DNA from: Chrysomallon squamiferum
Taxonomy: Eukaryota; Animalia; Mollusca
DNA: 64,000 nucleotides
NCBI GenBank assembly: GCA_012295275.1
Contig: CM022672.1
Location: forward strand, 15,066,001 to 15,130,000
Direction: 5' to 3'
The notes below the pieces were generated by a model. The model was not told the origin of the DNA. It worked only from the letters and a program-made list of their open reading frames with translations, and ran no database searches. This document shows positions 36,262 to 49,144 of this stretch, in pieces. Numbering within the stretch: position 1 is the stretch's first letter; every line of letters begins with the position of its first letter. The position numbers were made by a program, and so were the translations under genes.

Positions 36262-38359
36262 AAAAAAGAAAAGGATAAAAATTTAGGATTATTAGTTTGA
36301 AAATTTCTTGACTGTGAAAATCATTGTAGTTATGTATTTATTAACACCAACAGGTGCCCAAGCTAGTGCCACGGGAAAACATTTCACATCCGACTGTCGC
36401 CAATTAGTAAGAGACAGTTTGTCCAGGTAACAGAATGCTGAAATGACTGTCTGGCCTTGACTGGCTTATATTTAAATGCATGTTCTAGAATTGTCTATCC
36501 TAAGAAAAAATCTGTTTAGTAATCAAATAATCTACTTTCTGCATGATATCATTTAAAGATGACCATGAACCAAAATTTAACCAAGAGGGATATATATGCA
36601 CCAAGATTATTTTCATTTATTTTGTCTTTCATTGCTATAAGTTGTGTTAGACCTTAAGTAATACAAACAAAAGCACAAAGGTTTAGTGAATGAAACAAGA
36701 TCACACAATAATAACAACAATTAAATGTGTGTTTTTTTAATATATATATATATATATAATGAAAACTGGAATAGATTTTTATTGGAAGTAAAAATTAAAA
36801 ATGATTTACAAACTAAAATGTTTAGTTATTAAGCAGTCCTGTTGTGTGTCTGTAATAAATATTTATCTGTTTGTAATCAGAATATTAGTTTCTGCTTTTT
36901 ATTCTTGTTGACAAAAATAATTTTTTAAAAACCATTGTTTTAATTTACATTAAAATTTGTTATATGAAGTTTTGTTTTATCTGAATAAGTTTCTTAAACT
37001 TGAGATACAAATAAATATCTTTCCCTGCTTTACACTGCTTACAGCATGAATCTGAATGATTTGTGTAATAATTATTTTAGAAAATGTTAGGTAAATAACA
37101 TTGTTTTTATGAGAGTTCATTTTCCTGTGCTGATGTCATTGCAATCCATTACTTGTTGGGAATAAAATCCCACATACTGTAATTTGTCCCAAAAAGTAAA
37201 AAATAGACTTTAAAAATAAAAATTTAAAAGTTTTGTTTAGCTTGAAAATTATAAACTTGTCATTTGTTTTAGTTAAATTTACCATTTTCAGTTCATGTAT
37301 GTTTTTATTTCTACATTATGCATTATATCTGCTTTGTATTAACTTGCTTCATTATAATTAATAAAACACTATAGTGTTTTTGTCTTGATATGATCAGGTA
37401 CTGTTTCATTTATAATTTTGTTACATATAAATATTAGCACAGGTTGTATTTGTCAGCTGTTTGCATTATCTTAGGAACAGTCCATCTAAAAAGTTGAAAT
37501 ATAATTTATAAAATTGCAATAATAGTTTATTTGTTTAAATAATGATAAAATTCAGACATGAAAGAGAAGAAAAAAAAATGTTTATAAAAAGTAAATGAAA
37601 TTCTATTAAATATTGATTATAAAATTGCTATATATTTTTATATACATTTATTGATGTTGTCCAGAAATGAAAGAAAAACAATAAACAAAAAACAACTTAT
37701 CCCTATAAAGATAAATGAAATATTTGTTATTACGTTGTTTTTTTGATTTGTGATCTGCAGTTATGAAATTGTCAAAATAATGCTCTATCTGTTTCAAATG
37801 TGGTTTAGAAACCAAAAAATATTGTTGCAGGAAACTTATTTGGCGATATTGCATGCCATAAAGAATCAAATACAGAGCACAGTGCTTGTGTGCATGATAG
37901 TAATTCATTTAAATAAATGACAACATCAGCTTCTTCTAAAAGAATCAAAATCAACAGATGTTACATAAAAGAATTTTACAACTTTTGTAAAAATAATAAT
38001 AAAATTCCTGCTATATCAGTGTAACACAAGAGAATATACAAAATTTGTTATTGGGATTTTGATATTTAAAATTTTATTCAGTTCTTAAACGAAGTGATGC
38101 CTTTTCTTTTTTATTTTCTTCTCCAGTGTTAGACCAAATAAATATATAAATAAAATAAAAATTTAAACAATAAATGTTTAATAAATTTTTCATACCAAAA
38201 ATGATTTAGTTGATACAAAAATATTACATATTATTTCACCCTTGTTTGCATTTTAAATATTAATAATCTTATTTATATTTTTAGGTTGGACTGAATCCAG
38301 CATCTCGCCCATATTGTCGAAGTAGTACCATCTTCCACAGTCCAGCAAAGCCACACTGA
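22534..38359 (+). CDS. PRC1: Protein regulator of cytokinesis 1 (PRC1/Ase1/MAP65), ~627 aa
   Basis: Exons 22534-22547, 23385-23643, 29333-29566, 29969-30139, 31070-31367, 31569-31705, 32160-32258, 32796-32942, 33492-33608, 33861-33917 (less certain), 34444-34539, 34814-34993 and 38285-38359 total 1884 nt in frame. Motifs: LYEIWTDIGI, PDTSFEREIVCEDDDSFILSTENM, LWNRL, LWNKCYFSKEQR, YTEELLKVHE, DPNR, FGSKP.TP.KR, SLASTGSYQDFA. Confidence 0.92.
24880..25316 (-). mobile_element. DNA transposase fragment (Sola-like; SHY..YLP..FNL.F..P.D.C..C..FD type)
   Basis: Minus translation ASHYGRRGTPGWKYLPSDIRIKK...KFNLRFGSPATDT*AACAK...FYDML..TVCFD with an internal stop. Superfamily assigned from memory of motifs. 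Confidence 0.55.
25320..27354 (-). mobile_element. Ty3/Gypsy (Mag-like) LTR retrotransposon, internally deleted, 3' LTR absent
   Basis: 5' LTR 27181-27354 has TGTTATG...CATAACA termini and an internal AATAAA. PBS-like ttgccaacgaggatg (cf. TGGCGACGAGGATG) follows. Gag ORF 26438-27127 reads WDEYIEHLEQYLLAND..LRDIFVCGL..CFRCGKTNH. Protease LNGVPFKMEVDTGASVSIIS at ~26050-26110. Integrase C-terminus GPVTYRVKV..KRHVDQL at 25603-25839. RT, RNase H and IN core are missing. Confidence 0.88.
36354..36426 (+). CDS. PRC1: Candidate PRC1 alternative cassette exon encoding an alternative C-terminus VPKLVPRENISHPTVAN*
   Basis: CAG acceptor ends at 36353 and GTAACA donor starts at 36427. Phase 0 matches the upstream exon; TAG at 36405-36407. 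The block is GC-richer than the surrounding intron. Confidence 0.5.
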
Positions 38360-38375
38360 ACCTGACAAATGATTC

Positions 38376-38538
38376 CACACTATCTGATTTTGAAAAACAG
38401 TTCATCAGGCATTAGTTGACGTTGAGGAATAATTTATCGAACACACTAGCTGATTTTGATGAACAGTTCATAAGACATTAATTGATTTTAATAATTGATC
38501 ATACATACTAGCCAATTTTGAGGAACTGTTCATCAAAG
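38376..38538. repeat. Degenerate ~32-bp minisatellite (5 units) at start of PRC1 3' UTR
   Basis: Units: acactatctgattttgaaaaacagttcatcag / gcattagttgacgttgaggaataatttatcga / acactagctgattttgatgaacagttcataag / acattaattgatttt.. / atactagccaattttgaggaactgttcatcaa. Confidence 0.7.
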
Positions 38539-40849
38539 AAACATGTATTTGTACAGCTTAAGAAACCATCTTGCTGTTGCTGTAACCTAAACCCGTAATT
38601 GACAGATTGAATTATATTCTGATATACTAATGTATCAAGACCATCAGATATTACAAAAATCATTTTTAATTTGGGCCACCAAATTGGCAGTCACTGAATA
38701 GACTTTGATATTTATAAGATGAGAATTCAGAGCAGTGGTAGATGGATTATTACTTTTCTTAAAACACTAAAACTAGAATGGGCTGCATTTTCCGCCTGTA
38801 CTATTGCTTTTAATTACAAAAAAAAAAAATTAAATTAAATATGCTATGATGTGTCTAAAATTGTACTTGCTTTTATAAATTAAAAATTATAAATGGATGT
38901 GGAGGCAATGAATGCTTTATTGTAAATGCTAGCTGTGTAAAATGTAAACTGACTTTTTTCTTTCTTTTTTTTGTCAAAATGACAATGTGGACCTGTGATG
39001 GCAGACAGTGTTTTTTTTTTAATAAAACCCAGCAAAGACTGAAATACTTTCAGGTTTTTAAGCGCCATTCTGCCTGTTGAAGCTTTTAATAATCTTATTA
39101 ATGTAGTCTTTCAGTGTAAATACATTGTATCAGATTGTATTATGATTTATAATGTAGTGTATTTTATAATTATTTATATTACTGTTTTGTCTAGTATGTG
39201 CATGCGATTACAAATTTTCTATATTCCTCTGAGAATAAATGTATCATTTTTATCAGTTCATACAAAAAACAAAAAATGTCTATCCCTTCAGTGAACAACA
39301 AAATCTGCAGATTTTACTCATTCTTTAATTCCTATTTACATTTCACCAATCTCTGAACACGAGATGCACATTCAGCAAGTTGCACATATTTATCATGATT
39401 ATATCAAGAGCAAGTTTATTTGTGTTGATCAAAACAGATTAATGCTTTTTATTATTTTTTAAACCAGTTACTAAGTAATTTTTAGTAATAACAGAAAATG
39501 AGATTTAAAAGTATTAAATTGTAAAAGTTTCTTGTGCATAAATTAAGTTTATATTGAAGTTGTACAAATAACAAAATTCCTTTGCAATAACCGACAGTTG
39601 GGAAAGTGTACATATTCATTTATTTAAAAAAAAAAAATCTCTTCTTGCTTTAGTTCTGTATTTTATTAAAAATATGGATTATGAAAGTAAAATATTAAAT
39701 TCTTATTTATTTGTTTTGTTCTTAATGTGCTATAAATATATGAATATATTTGTTTTGAAGACTTAAAATTGGATATTAAACAAGTTATTATTTGCAGTGG
39801 TTCTTTTACCAAAACTTTTCATATATACCAGACATACAGAGCCTTTGTCAAATCAGTTTAGAAAGGCAGAAGTAACACATTCCTAGAAAACATTATTACC
39901 CATTTATGCAATTTTGAATTTTTTTAGTTAAAAACTGTTACTAGTTAAAATAATTATTTAAAATCAATAAATTAAAAAGACAAAAAGACATTGTTAAATA
40001 AATACAAATTTATTGTAAAAAGATGACAAAACATCCTGTTTCCCAAAATGAGAACAATTATAAAAATACATAATTGTATAAAAACATTGAATTAACAGCA
40101 GTTTTATAAAACATGGGTTGCTGAATACAGCTTGCTTCAGCACTGGCAGTTAAATACACTCAGCTATGCACCTCTGATTATTTTCTCTGTATAGTTTGAA
40201 TCTGAAAATATCAAGAAAAAATTTCAACTGTAATTTAAATTATTTAATTTATTATATATATGACAATAAAAGAGGAAATAGAAAAAGAATGAATTCTCAG
40301 AAGACTAGCACTTGCTATTGTTACTTGTTTTTTGTATAAACCAGCTTTTACTTTTTAATACATCATAATGCAATTATTTACTGAAGATATCACTAAATTT
40401 GTCACATACACACAAACAAAAAGAAGTAGAAATTACTTTACCTTTGAATTAATCACATACTTTACCACCATTTCCTGTGCCAGACATTTGCTGAAAAAAA
40501 AATAACTAAACATACCAGTTTTTTAATATTAATCTGTGATATTTTATAATTAATTAAAAAAATTCACAAAATTCATTTAATTTTATATGTTTGTGGAGCT
40601 GGTTTTAGTCATTTTGTACATTTATTTAGATCCATCTTAATTTCCCTTTTAAAACAAAAGTTTTGGAATGTTTAAAAAAGAAAGTTATCATACACAGTAG
40701 ATTAGCTACTATGTCATAAAATTTATTAGAGATCAGTAAAGCAGTATATTAAAACAATACATAAATCCCTACTGGTTTTCATTTATCACAATGCCCTGAT
40801 TATTGGGTAATCATCTTTTGTAACTTTGAACATTTATATTTAAATGCTC

Positions 40850-41045
40850 AGTTCAACAGATTCACATTCCAGTATTCTTTCAGTAACAAGATCCACACTT
40901 GCAGCATTTATTCCACAGATTCATACTTCTATAATGCATTCAGCAATTATATTTATACTTTCAGCATTTACCAATCATAATTCATTCTTTCAAATTGCAT
41001 TCAACAATCATATTCCCTCTTTCAAAATGAATTTGACAATCATAC
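40850..41045. repeat. Degenerate ~30-bp minisatellite
   Basis: Recurring attcayactttcarMattkcattcarcaatc-like units (e.g. gattcatacttctataatgcattcagcaatta, aattcattctttcaaattgcattcaacaatca). Confidence 0.55.
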
Positions 41046-44000
41046 ATTTAGTATTGCACTCAATTAAATAAAACTCATACAGACTTCCATATTCACTTCT
41101 GTATAATGTAATGTGCAAAATTCATCTTCGAGAGATTTGTGGGTTCTAAAGAGAACCCGAAAAAAAAAAAAGTAAAAATAAATTAAAATAAAAAAAAAAA
41201 AAAAAAAAAATCTGAAAGAAAAGTGAATTAATGATGTACAGTTCTATGTTCTAACAAGCCCATGTGAGTAGCAATTACATTTGTGTAATAAATTCTAACC
41301 ATTAGTGGAAAACTCTGTCCACATGATGCTTCATGTATGTATATATATATATATATTTAAAAAAATAAAAATAAAAAAAATGAAAGAAAACAAAAAACAA
41401 AACAATCCCTGCAAAAACAAAACAGTAAACAAAAAATAAAAAAATAAAAAAAAACACAATATGAATAATGTCTTGATGGGTAAAAATATTCAGGAATAAT
41501 CATTCTGGAACAATTTTACGTATGAAAGATGACATTCTAAATCAAGGTCTCACAATTTTTCTTTTTCAATCACAAAAATACTCTTGTATAAACTAACAAA
41601 TACATATTTCTCTAAACCTGTTGTTCCATGATAAAAGTGTTATGAAAAGTATCATTCATGATTCCTTTCACATACCAAAGTATCAGGGCTGCACAAATAT
41701 TGAACTGTAACATTACATTTTTAATTTTTTGTGCCATAATCACCAAATAAAATTAATGTCCAACAAGTTAAAATATGATAAACAACTCTTAACAGAAATT
41801 CAAATAAATGTGCCTGCCTGTAATATGATAAAGTGAGTACATCATATGCAAATGCGGTAGCTCCACTTCAAATGACAGAATCAGAATTAATATTCACTAT
41901 AATGAATGCTATTTTATTTTAAAAAAAAGAAAAAAAAAAAGGTTAATTTTTATCTATTAGTACAGTATTTGTAAGAAAAACAAAACAATATTAATTGGAA
42001 AACATCAATACTGGGTATAGTTTTTTCATCTTCATTCATTGCTGGGGAAAAATAAAATAAAAAAGAACCTAAATAAAATTATGAGTTTTCCCCATCATTT
42101 ATTTCTTAAAAAGTTATGTATAGTTCTCCTTTTTTAATATATATATTACAAGCAGAATACAAATCTCATTATCTTAACTTTCAAATATAAACTTGTTACA
42201 CAATTATTTTGTGCAGCTCTGATTAGACATTTTGGTAAACAAGTAGTAATCACAGTATAAACATCAAGACAAAGCACTTTCCAAACTATATATATCATAA
42301 TGTAAATGTACATAATGCAAAAGTGGCGTATCTACTAATGAAGCATCAAAATCATAGATGGGAATGCATTGGCAGAAAATAGCAAATTGTCACAACAAAT
42401 GAATAAATAAAATAATTACAATTTGAACTTTTAGAATTATTACTAGGTATGTATTCAAAACATCCAACAAGTTATTTTAATGTCTGTGAAATCAGTTTGA
42501 AAAACAAAGAAATGTCTATATAAAACATAACAAAATAAATGTAAACAATGAAAAGATTATTCAAGGAAAAAGGATGAATGAATTTCAAGTACAAGATTAT
42601 TAATTCAAATGGCCGAGTTTAGTACTTTCATTCAATTTCAAGATGAATGTTATTAAAAGTGACATTACTTAGTGGATGCCATTACATGGCCCATGTGATA
42701 ATGGATGGATGTAAATTTTAGAACATGATAAGGATAATTATAAAAATTAAATAGCTATGTGATTAACAAAATGCCTGTTTTGGATTAAGCTTTCTCATCT
42801 TTCTAATACAATATATTAATTCTATATCATCAATTTCTGACAAACAATCCAGGAATTATCAAAGTTATGTTGGAACAAATGTTATTGCAATGACAATTTG
42901 CTATTTTAAGTAAAATGGAAATAAATGAGCAATAAAATAATTACATCCACCCCACAAATACAACATTGGTACATAACTGTGTAAAATATCACAAATTATA
43001 AATTTACAATACCCAAAATGTTGTTCATTGCACATTTCTGTGAAGTGCTAATATGGCTTCTAATAAAACTGGTCCATAAAAAAATGAATTAAAAAATCCA
43101 CATACACATTATCAAACATTTGAGAATTTATTTTATAATCAGTTACTTTATGCTCATTTATTCTTTAGGGGTTTCTTTCTGAAGTTAAGGTGCAAAATTT
43201 TGCAGAAGCAGATAAATATTAAAAATGTTTTAATTACAATTAATTTATATTAAAAATAATAATTTAAAAAAAAAAATTATGAAATTTAAAGCATAAAACT
43301 GTGGAATCTTTAAATGAAAACATGTATCATCGTATAAATGTATGTAAAGTCATTAAGAAAAAGAAACCCCTCATACTCATTAAAACAATTTACATTAAAA
43401 CTAGTAATGACATTTTTACACTCATCATTGATTACAGGATAATTTTAATTAATCAGAAAACATTTCTTAGATATGTATGCCAAGCATTTCTCATTGTTCT
43501 GACAGAGCTTTCAACTAAAACAACACTATGTAAATAAAATACATTAACTTAATAAATATTTAATAATACCCCAATATTGCACTATGCCTAAAATATGGCA
43601 TAAAATATCACATGAGCTTGTTATTTGCATATACATATATTACTATATACAATCTACAAAAATATCAAGAACTGTACATCATTTAATTATTATTACAATT
43701 TTAAGTAAATAAAAAAATAAATAAATACATTTGAAAAAAAAAGTCAGCAGGTGCTATTGTCTGAATATTGTAATAAAAAAAAATTTAGGAAGAAAAATTT
43801 TCTTAAGCTGCTGACAGATCAAATAATTCAAGAAGAAAGGCAAGGATATCCTGAAGACATACAATGAACATGTATATTGATATGCCACACAATGAATATG
43901 AAAGATAAAAATCTGATGGTTTATATAAATGATATTCATGATGAAGTGTGACGTTGTCAATACTGAAATGACAGTTAGAAAAATAAACTGGAATGACTTG

Positions 44001-44046
44001 ATTCTGAGACCTCTGTTAAATCAAGAAATGCACTGAATATCGAGTT

Positions 44047-44496
44047 CTATGCTTGCACCTGGACCTTGAGTAACATCTTCAAATGACAAGTCATATCATC
44101 ACACTTTGCTGGTTCATGATTGGTACTGCCAGGCATCCAGTGTGATGGAGGTTTAGGAAGTACTTTAGGTGAAGGTGGATCACTGAATTTGGCACCAGCA
44201 TAGGCAACAACAGACTTCTCTTCAAGGCTGGGTTCAATCGTTATTGATGGGCAGCGAGCTCTTTTCTTAGCCCTTTCTCCTTCCATCATAACTTGATGCT
44301 GACGATTGCGATTTGACACCAATGTTTTATTTGGATGCTGCGATTTTGTCGATGCATTTCTCATGTCATTCTCTTTGGACCCAGAATATCTTTTCTGCTT
44401 CAAATGATTAAAAGGTCCTTTTAACTGATGCCCCATTTTGACATTTGACCTCTTTTTGTCCTTGATATTTGGCATAGCCAGTGTAGACAAAACCAT
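44047..44496 (-). CDS. PNRC: Proline-rich nuclear receptor coactivator (PNRC family), 149 aa, single coding exon
   Basis: C-terminal [22 protein letters not shown] (PNRC signature) followed by [12 protein letters not shown] (LxxLL). First ATG at 44494-44496; a possible acceptor lies at 44505-44507 and a 5'-UTR donor near 44844. Confidence 0.93.
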   Translation of the reverse strand: MVLSTLAMPNIKDKKRSNVKMGHQLKGPFNHLKQKRYSGSKENDMRNASTKSQHPNKTLVSNRNRQHQVMMEGERAKKRARCPSITIEPSLEEKSVVAYAGAKFSDPPSPKVLPKPPSHWMPGSTNHEPAKCDDMTCHLKMLLKVQVQA

Positions 44497-44924
44497 TTGA
44501 AATTCTAACAAGCACCACACCAAATATTTGACTAAATATTTGAAAACACACAATTACTCGATGTTCGTTCTTGTAATCCACAAAAAATACCGTTTTCTGG
44601 TTGTTGTTTTGTTTTTTCAAAGCTTTTTCACAAATTATTCGAATAAGCTTTGTTTACATTTACAAATGAAAGATGGCGTCTTCGTCTTGTTCTTCTTTCC
44701 GATATTATCGTCGGTAATTGAACAAAATTCTCAAAAACGTCAACTTTTTCTTCAACGAATTAAGTCTTTAAATAATTCCTAGCGTCTTTACAAGAAAAAT
44801 AATTCGAATCAAAGATTTTTAAATTAAAAAAGTCATAAAAATACCTGGGCTTTACCCTCTCTACTCTTCAAAACTAATCTCCTTCCGTCTACGTTTCTAC
44901 TCCTGCTGATGTCAGCCAGTCATA

Positions 44925-44975
44925 TCTACCAATGGGCACCTGCTAGAGGCGCCACGTGATGAACCCAGCCAATGA
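44925..44975 (-). promoter_or_regulatory. PNRC promoter: two CCAAT boxes flanking an E-box
   Basis: CCAAT at 44929 and 44969, CACGTG at 44953, in a locally GC-richer patch upstream of the putative 5'-UTR exon. Confidence 0.5.
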
Positions 44976-45720
44976 TTACTGTGCTAAGTTTAGAATTGTC
45001 GTCAAGCTCTACAAATAGCTAGTTTCGACATGAGATAAACGAAGAGGGTAATAAAAGTTTGTTCGATCCCAATGTCTTTGTGAAACTGATTTTAAAACAA
45101 TATTACAGATAGGCTGTTAGTTTTACTGATGTTGTTATTATTTCATAAAGTGATTAAAGTCCAAGCATTTCCATTCGTTAAGAAACAACACTACGTTAAA
45201 TTGCACTTGACTAAAATATTAGTTGTTTTATCGTTGTGTTTATTGCAGTTTTTGAATTCATGATGATGTACCTGATAAATGAATACAGAATATATTTAAA
45301 ACCATTCTGCCATGATTAATTATATAAAATATATTCAAATTTAAACTATGTTCAGACTATATAGCAAATAGCGAACAAACAGCATTTTCTTTGCAGGGAT
45401 AATTGACCTTTTAGACGACAAACATCAACCGATAACAAACTAATAAATAAGACTACATTTAATACTGGTGTTGTTTCAACTTTAACAACGAAAATAAATT
45501 ATCTTACATAAATTTTCATAACCCTTCACCCTCGAAGCGCTTGCAGAAGCAGAAAGAAAATTTTTAATGCTTTTGTGTGTTTTTTCTTTATTTCTTTCAT
45601 TTTGATCATAATCTGACGTCAGTGCTGCTTTTGCACATATATTCAGTTTTGAAATAAAATATGAGCGACTTTTTATTATTAATATTTATTTATTTATTTA
45701 TTTTTTTAAGGTAAAAGAAA

Positions 45721-45821
45721 TGATTTTCGTTTCCTTTTAGTAACCATGATTAAAAGTTTAATTTTATTTAAAGTGATTTTCGTTTACTTTTAGTACCAAG
45801 ATCAAAAGTTTAATTTTATTT
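45721..45821. repeat. Imperfect ~50-bp tandem duplication
   Basis: tgattttcgtttccttttagtaaccatgattaaaagtttaattttattt vs tgattttcgtttacttttagtaccaagatcaaaagtttaattttattt. Confidence 0.8.
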
Positions 45822-46379
45822 GTGTGCAGATATTTTGTACAAAAAGGAGGAATTCAGTTGTCCTTTACCATGATAATGGGTGGATAGTTCTGTGCCGCTT
45901 AAGAAATTAACAAATATAAAAATGAGGCAGAGAAATATTTAAAACTATTTTCCTCTTAAATTAAATATTTTTGATAATTTAAAGATAATTGAAAGTAAAA
46001 CGCCGACATGATGTGGATAGATGTCGGAGTCCTTTAATGGTAAAAGGTATTCCTTTGCAAATATAGAGGACTTGTAAATTCAGAGATGATAAATAAAAGC
46101 TAGGGTGCACTGCAAATTTATCCCATGCAGGCATATATGCATGTACGCACTTAGGTTTGTGATAATAATTTTAAGTAGTATATTTAAATAATTTTTGGCA
46201 GCTAATTTCTTTAATGCTATTTTATGTTTTGTACCTAAGGTGAACTAGCCTATTATTCCAGTATTAGCTAACGTTCTGGCCAGTGTGAGATTCCATATCG
46301 TCACTCGCAGGATGCCTCTTCGTGGCTGCATTTAAAATATAGTTTAATAAATAATGGTGAAAAATAATTTTACAAATTC

Positions 46380-46426
<47 letters not shown>

Positions 46427-47279
46427 CTTATTATATTGGAACAAGTATTAATTTATTTGTGACAAATTTTGAAGTTTGTTCTGCAGAAACGTTGCTCATT
46501 GAAAATAAAACCTTAATTTCATGCGATAATTAACAATCTAATTAAGCAGACAGTTAATAAGGAACGATGATAATTCACACATGGAATAATCTTTTAGAAA
46601 TGGAAGCCATTTTTATTATTTCGTTTTGTTTCACTATATTCTTCGGTTTATGAAAACAGATATTTACAGAACATTGTGCATTTGTGTGAATTTCAAATAA
46701 CTGATTGATTAAATTTAACGAATGAACTTAAAAAATATGTGCCAAGTTTTACACTTCTGCATTTCTTTCTTTTTTTAAATTTTCTCTACCAACAGTATTT
46801 AGATGGTCGTGCCTTGGTGTTTTTGTTTTCGAGTTTTACTCCTTTTATAGACGGTCAGATTCTTAATTAGATTTCGTTTACCAAAACCAGATGGATAGAT
46901 AGATAGATAGATAGATAGATACACACATTTATTTTAATGAAAAACGATGGGGATAAAATAAAGAATTTCTTTAGGTTTCAGTTGGCACTTGCTTCAGTCT
47001 TAGCCCGATATTAATAATACTAATACTAATACTAAGAATAATACCTATTTTATGAATTAAATTTTAAAAAGCCTGTCCAATAATATTTATTTTTTTCATT
47101 TTCGACAATTAACTTTAAAATCAAATTGCAATTGATTTTGTTATCTAAGGCTGTAAATTTCAATTTCACATTCTAAAGAAGAAAAGACTGTTTCAAAGTC
47201 AACAAAATTAATTTCAAGACTTTATTTTCTTTTTCCTTTTCGTTATTGTTAGAAATGTTTAATGTATATTTCAGAGACC

Positions 47280-47526
47280 GACAATCCGGGGTGATATTCA
47301 TATACTGTGTTTATTTCCCGCCAAATACTATTTTTCGACCGGAAGATGGCGCTGTGAGCCGGGGCATTCGTTTGAAAATATTGTAAGGAATTTCTTGCTG
47401 ATGACGTAATTTGTAGGCGGGGAATCCTTTATTTGATAATCGGAAACGACACGAATATCGACTCTTGCTGACGATAAATCAGAGAAGATTTTGTGGAAAA
47501 GTAACCTACAAAGAAAAGCTACAAGG
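47280..47526 (+). promoter_or_regulatory. CpG-rich promoter and non-coding first exon of the downstream unidentified gene
   Basis: E2F-type TTTCCCGCCAAA at 47314-47325, ETS CCGGAAG at 47339, YY1 AAGATGGCG at 47343, CHR TTTGAA at 47371, CRE-like TGACGTAA at 47402, GC-box-like GGCGGGG at 47416. Donor GTAAGG at 47527. Confidence 0.65.
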
Positions 47527-49144
47527 GTAAGGTTTTATTATTTGTAATTTAGTTAAAGTATATCTGGAGTCGGTCGTTACAAATTAAATGAACTTTAAAG
47601 CACGTATTTCTGGTTTTTAATCCACCATAGTAAGATAGTTCGCAAGGTTCTCGTTTCGCACTTCCGCGGATAAGTTATGGCCGGCCCTCGTGAATTTTAG
47701 CGTGAAAACCACTAAACAGTTTTCTCTTCTGGATTTGTATGTATATTACCAATATATATTATAAAAGTAATACTATGAGAATATTATTTCCAGGGATACA
47801 ATTGCTACGTTAATTTACCACATATATTTCGCAATTCCTGTCAGTGTCAACAAAATGGTGGCAATGAATTAGCTCGTGAGGCATTGTTGGGAGACGAGAG
47901 ATCTTTTTCGCGAATTTTACAGTAATATATATTTTTTATTACGTCATTAATTATTGAAGAGGAATATAATCTTTAAACTTTTTAATTTTAAATTTTTTAA
48001 ATTTACCAAATAGGAATTATTTCCCGAAATAATTCGTAAAAGGGTAGTGCACAAGAAAATCGGACGATATGACGGATATCATGTAGGGCGTGTTGTCTAC
48101 CACAACAGCAAAAGGCAACATGTTTTAAAGACGATGCTGCTTTTGAATGTAGATATAGTAGAAAATAAAACATTGTCATTAAATTTTACATTTAGTTTTT
48201 TGTTTGTATATAAGAAAACATAAAGACATTTAGTATGTTCAAAGCTAGCTCATAAATGATAATATTCATCAGAATAGTGTGATACATTCAGGCTGTGTTA
48301 CATTTATATGTTTCATTAAACTTACAAATGCTAAAGTGTATTAATTCTTTTATTTGTGGTTTGTTACACTTGAAATTGATTATGTAAAGCATTTTCTTCA
48401 TAGGAATATATACTACAAGTGCATATACAGTTTAATTTATTCAGAGGCATAGACTTTTAGCAGCATATACTTTACTTCGAGAAAGAAATAACTACATGTT
48501 AAATTTCAGTATTCATATAGTAATTGTTTCAGCATAAGAAATTAATTATATTTGAAAAGGTATTTATTTGAAAGTGTGTAGATAGATAGAAAGATTGAAT
48601 AAAAAATAAAAAAGCCATATTTTATATAGATATAAACTTATTATAAGATTTAAAAAAAAAATAATAGAAGGAAACAACAGACATGTTTATTAAGATCAGA
48701 AAATGTTGAGAACTTACTCTATTAAATTTTTTGGTTAATTATTAACATGAAAATTATAATTAGTGCAAATATTTTGTATAATGAAATTATATTGCTTGCC
48801 TCAAATGGATTTTATACTTTAAAAAGTCAAATGTATTTGTATAAGTTATGTTTTGATTATTAATATTATTATTTTCTCAAATCTTATCATTTTTATACCG
48901 ATTTTTGTTAAATAATTCAAATTTTACCATGAATGATTGAAATAAGCATAGTTTTCATAAGTTATTGGCAATGATTTTGCTACAAGCTTCAGGAGACTCC
49001 GTCACCTCCATGAAATCTTAAAAAAATTAAGTTGCCTTGATGAACCCATGGCAACACTTTAAAAAAATTAAAAAAAACATTTTCTCCCGGTTAATAGTAA
49101 ATACATTTTTTTAATTTCAGAGACAGATTCAAGTTACTCAAGAT

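Noticed and set aside
37045-37090. Further PRC1 micro- or cassette exon (AG at 37044 or 37080, GTAAAT at 37091)
   Set aside because: Only splice-like dinucleotides in AT-rich sequence, with no compositional or homology support.
40291-40370. C/D snoRNA-like boxes (ATGATGT...CTGA, minus strand)
   Set aside because: Imperfect C box, poor terminal stem and no recognisable rRNA antisense guide.
44497-44553. GTG-initiated N-terminal extension of PNRC in the ORF track
   Set aside because: Non-ATG start that spans a likely splice acceptor; the first ATG at 44496 is preferred.
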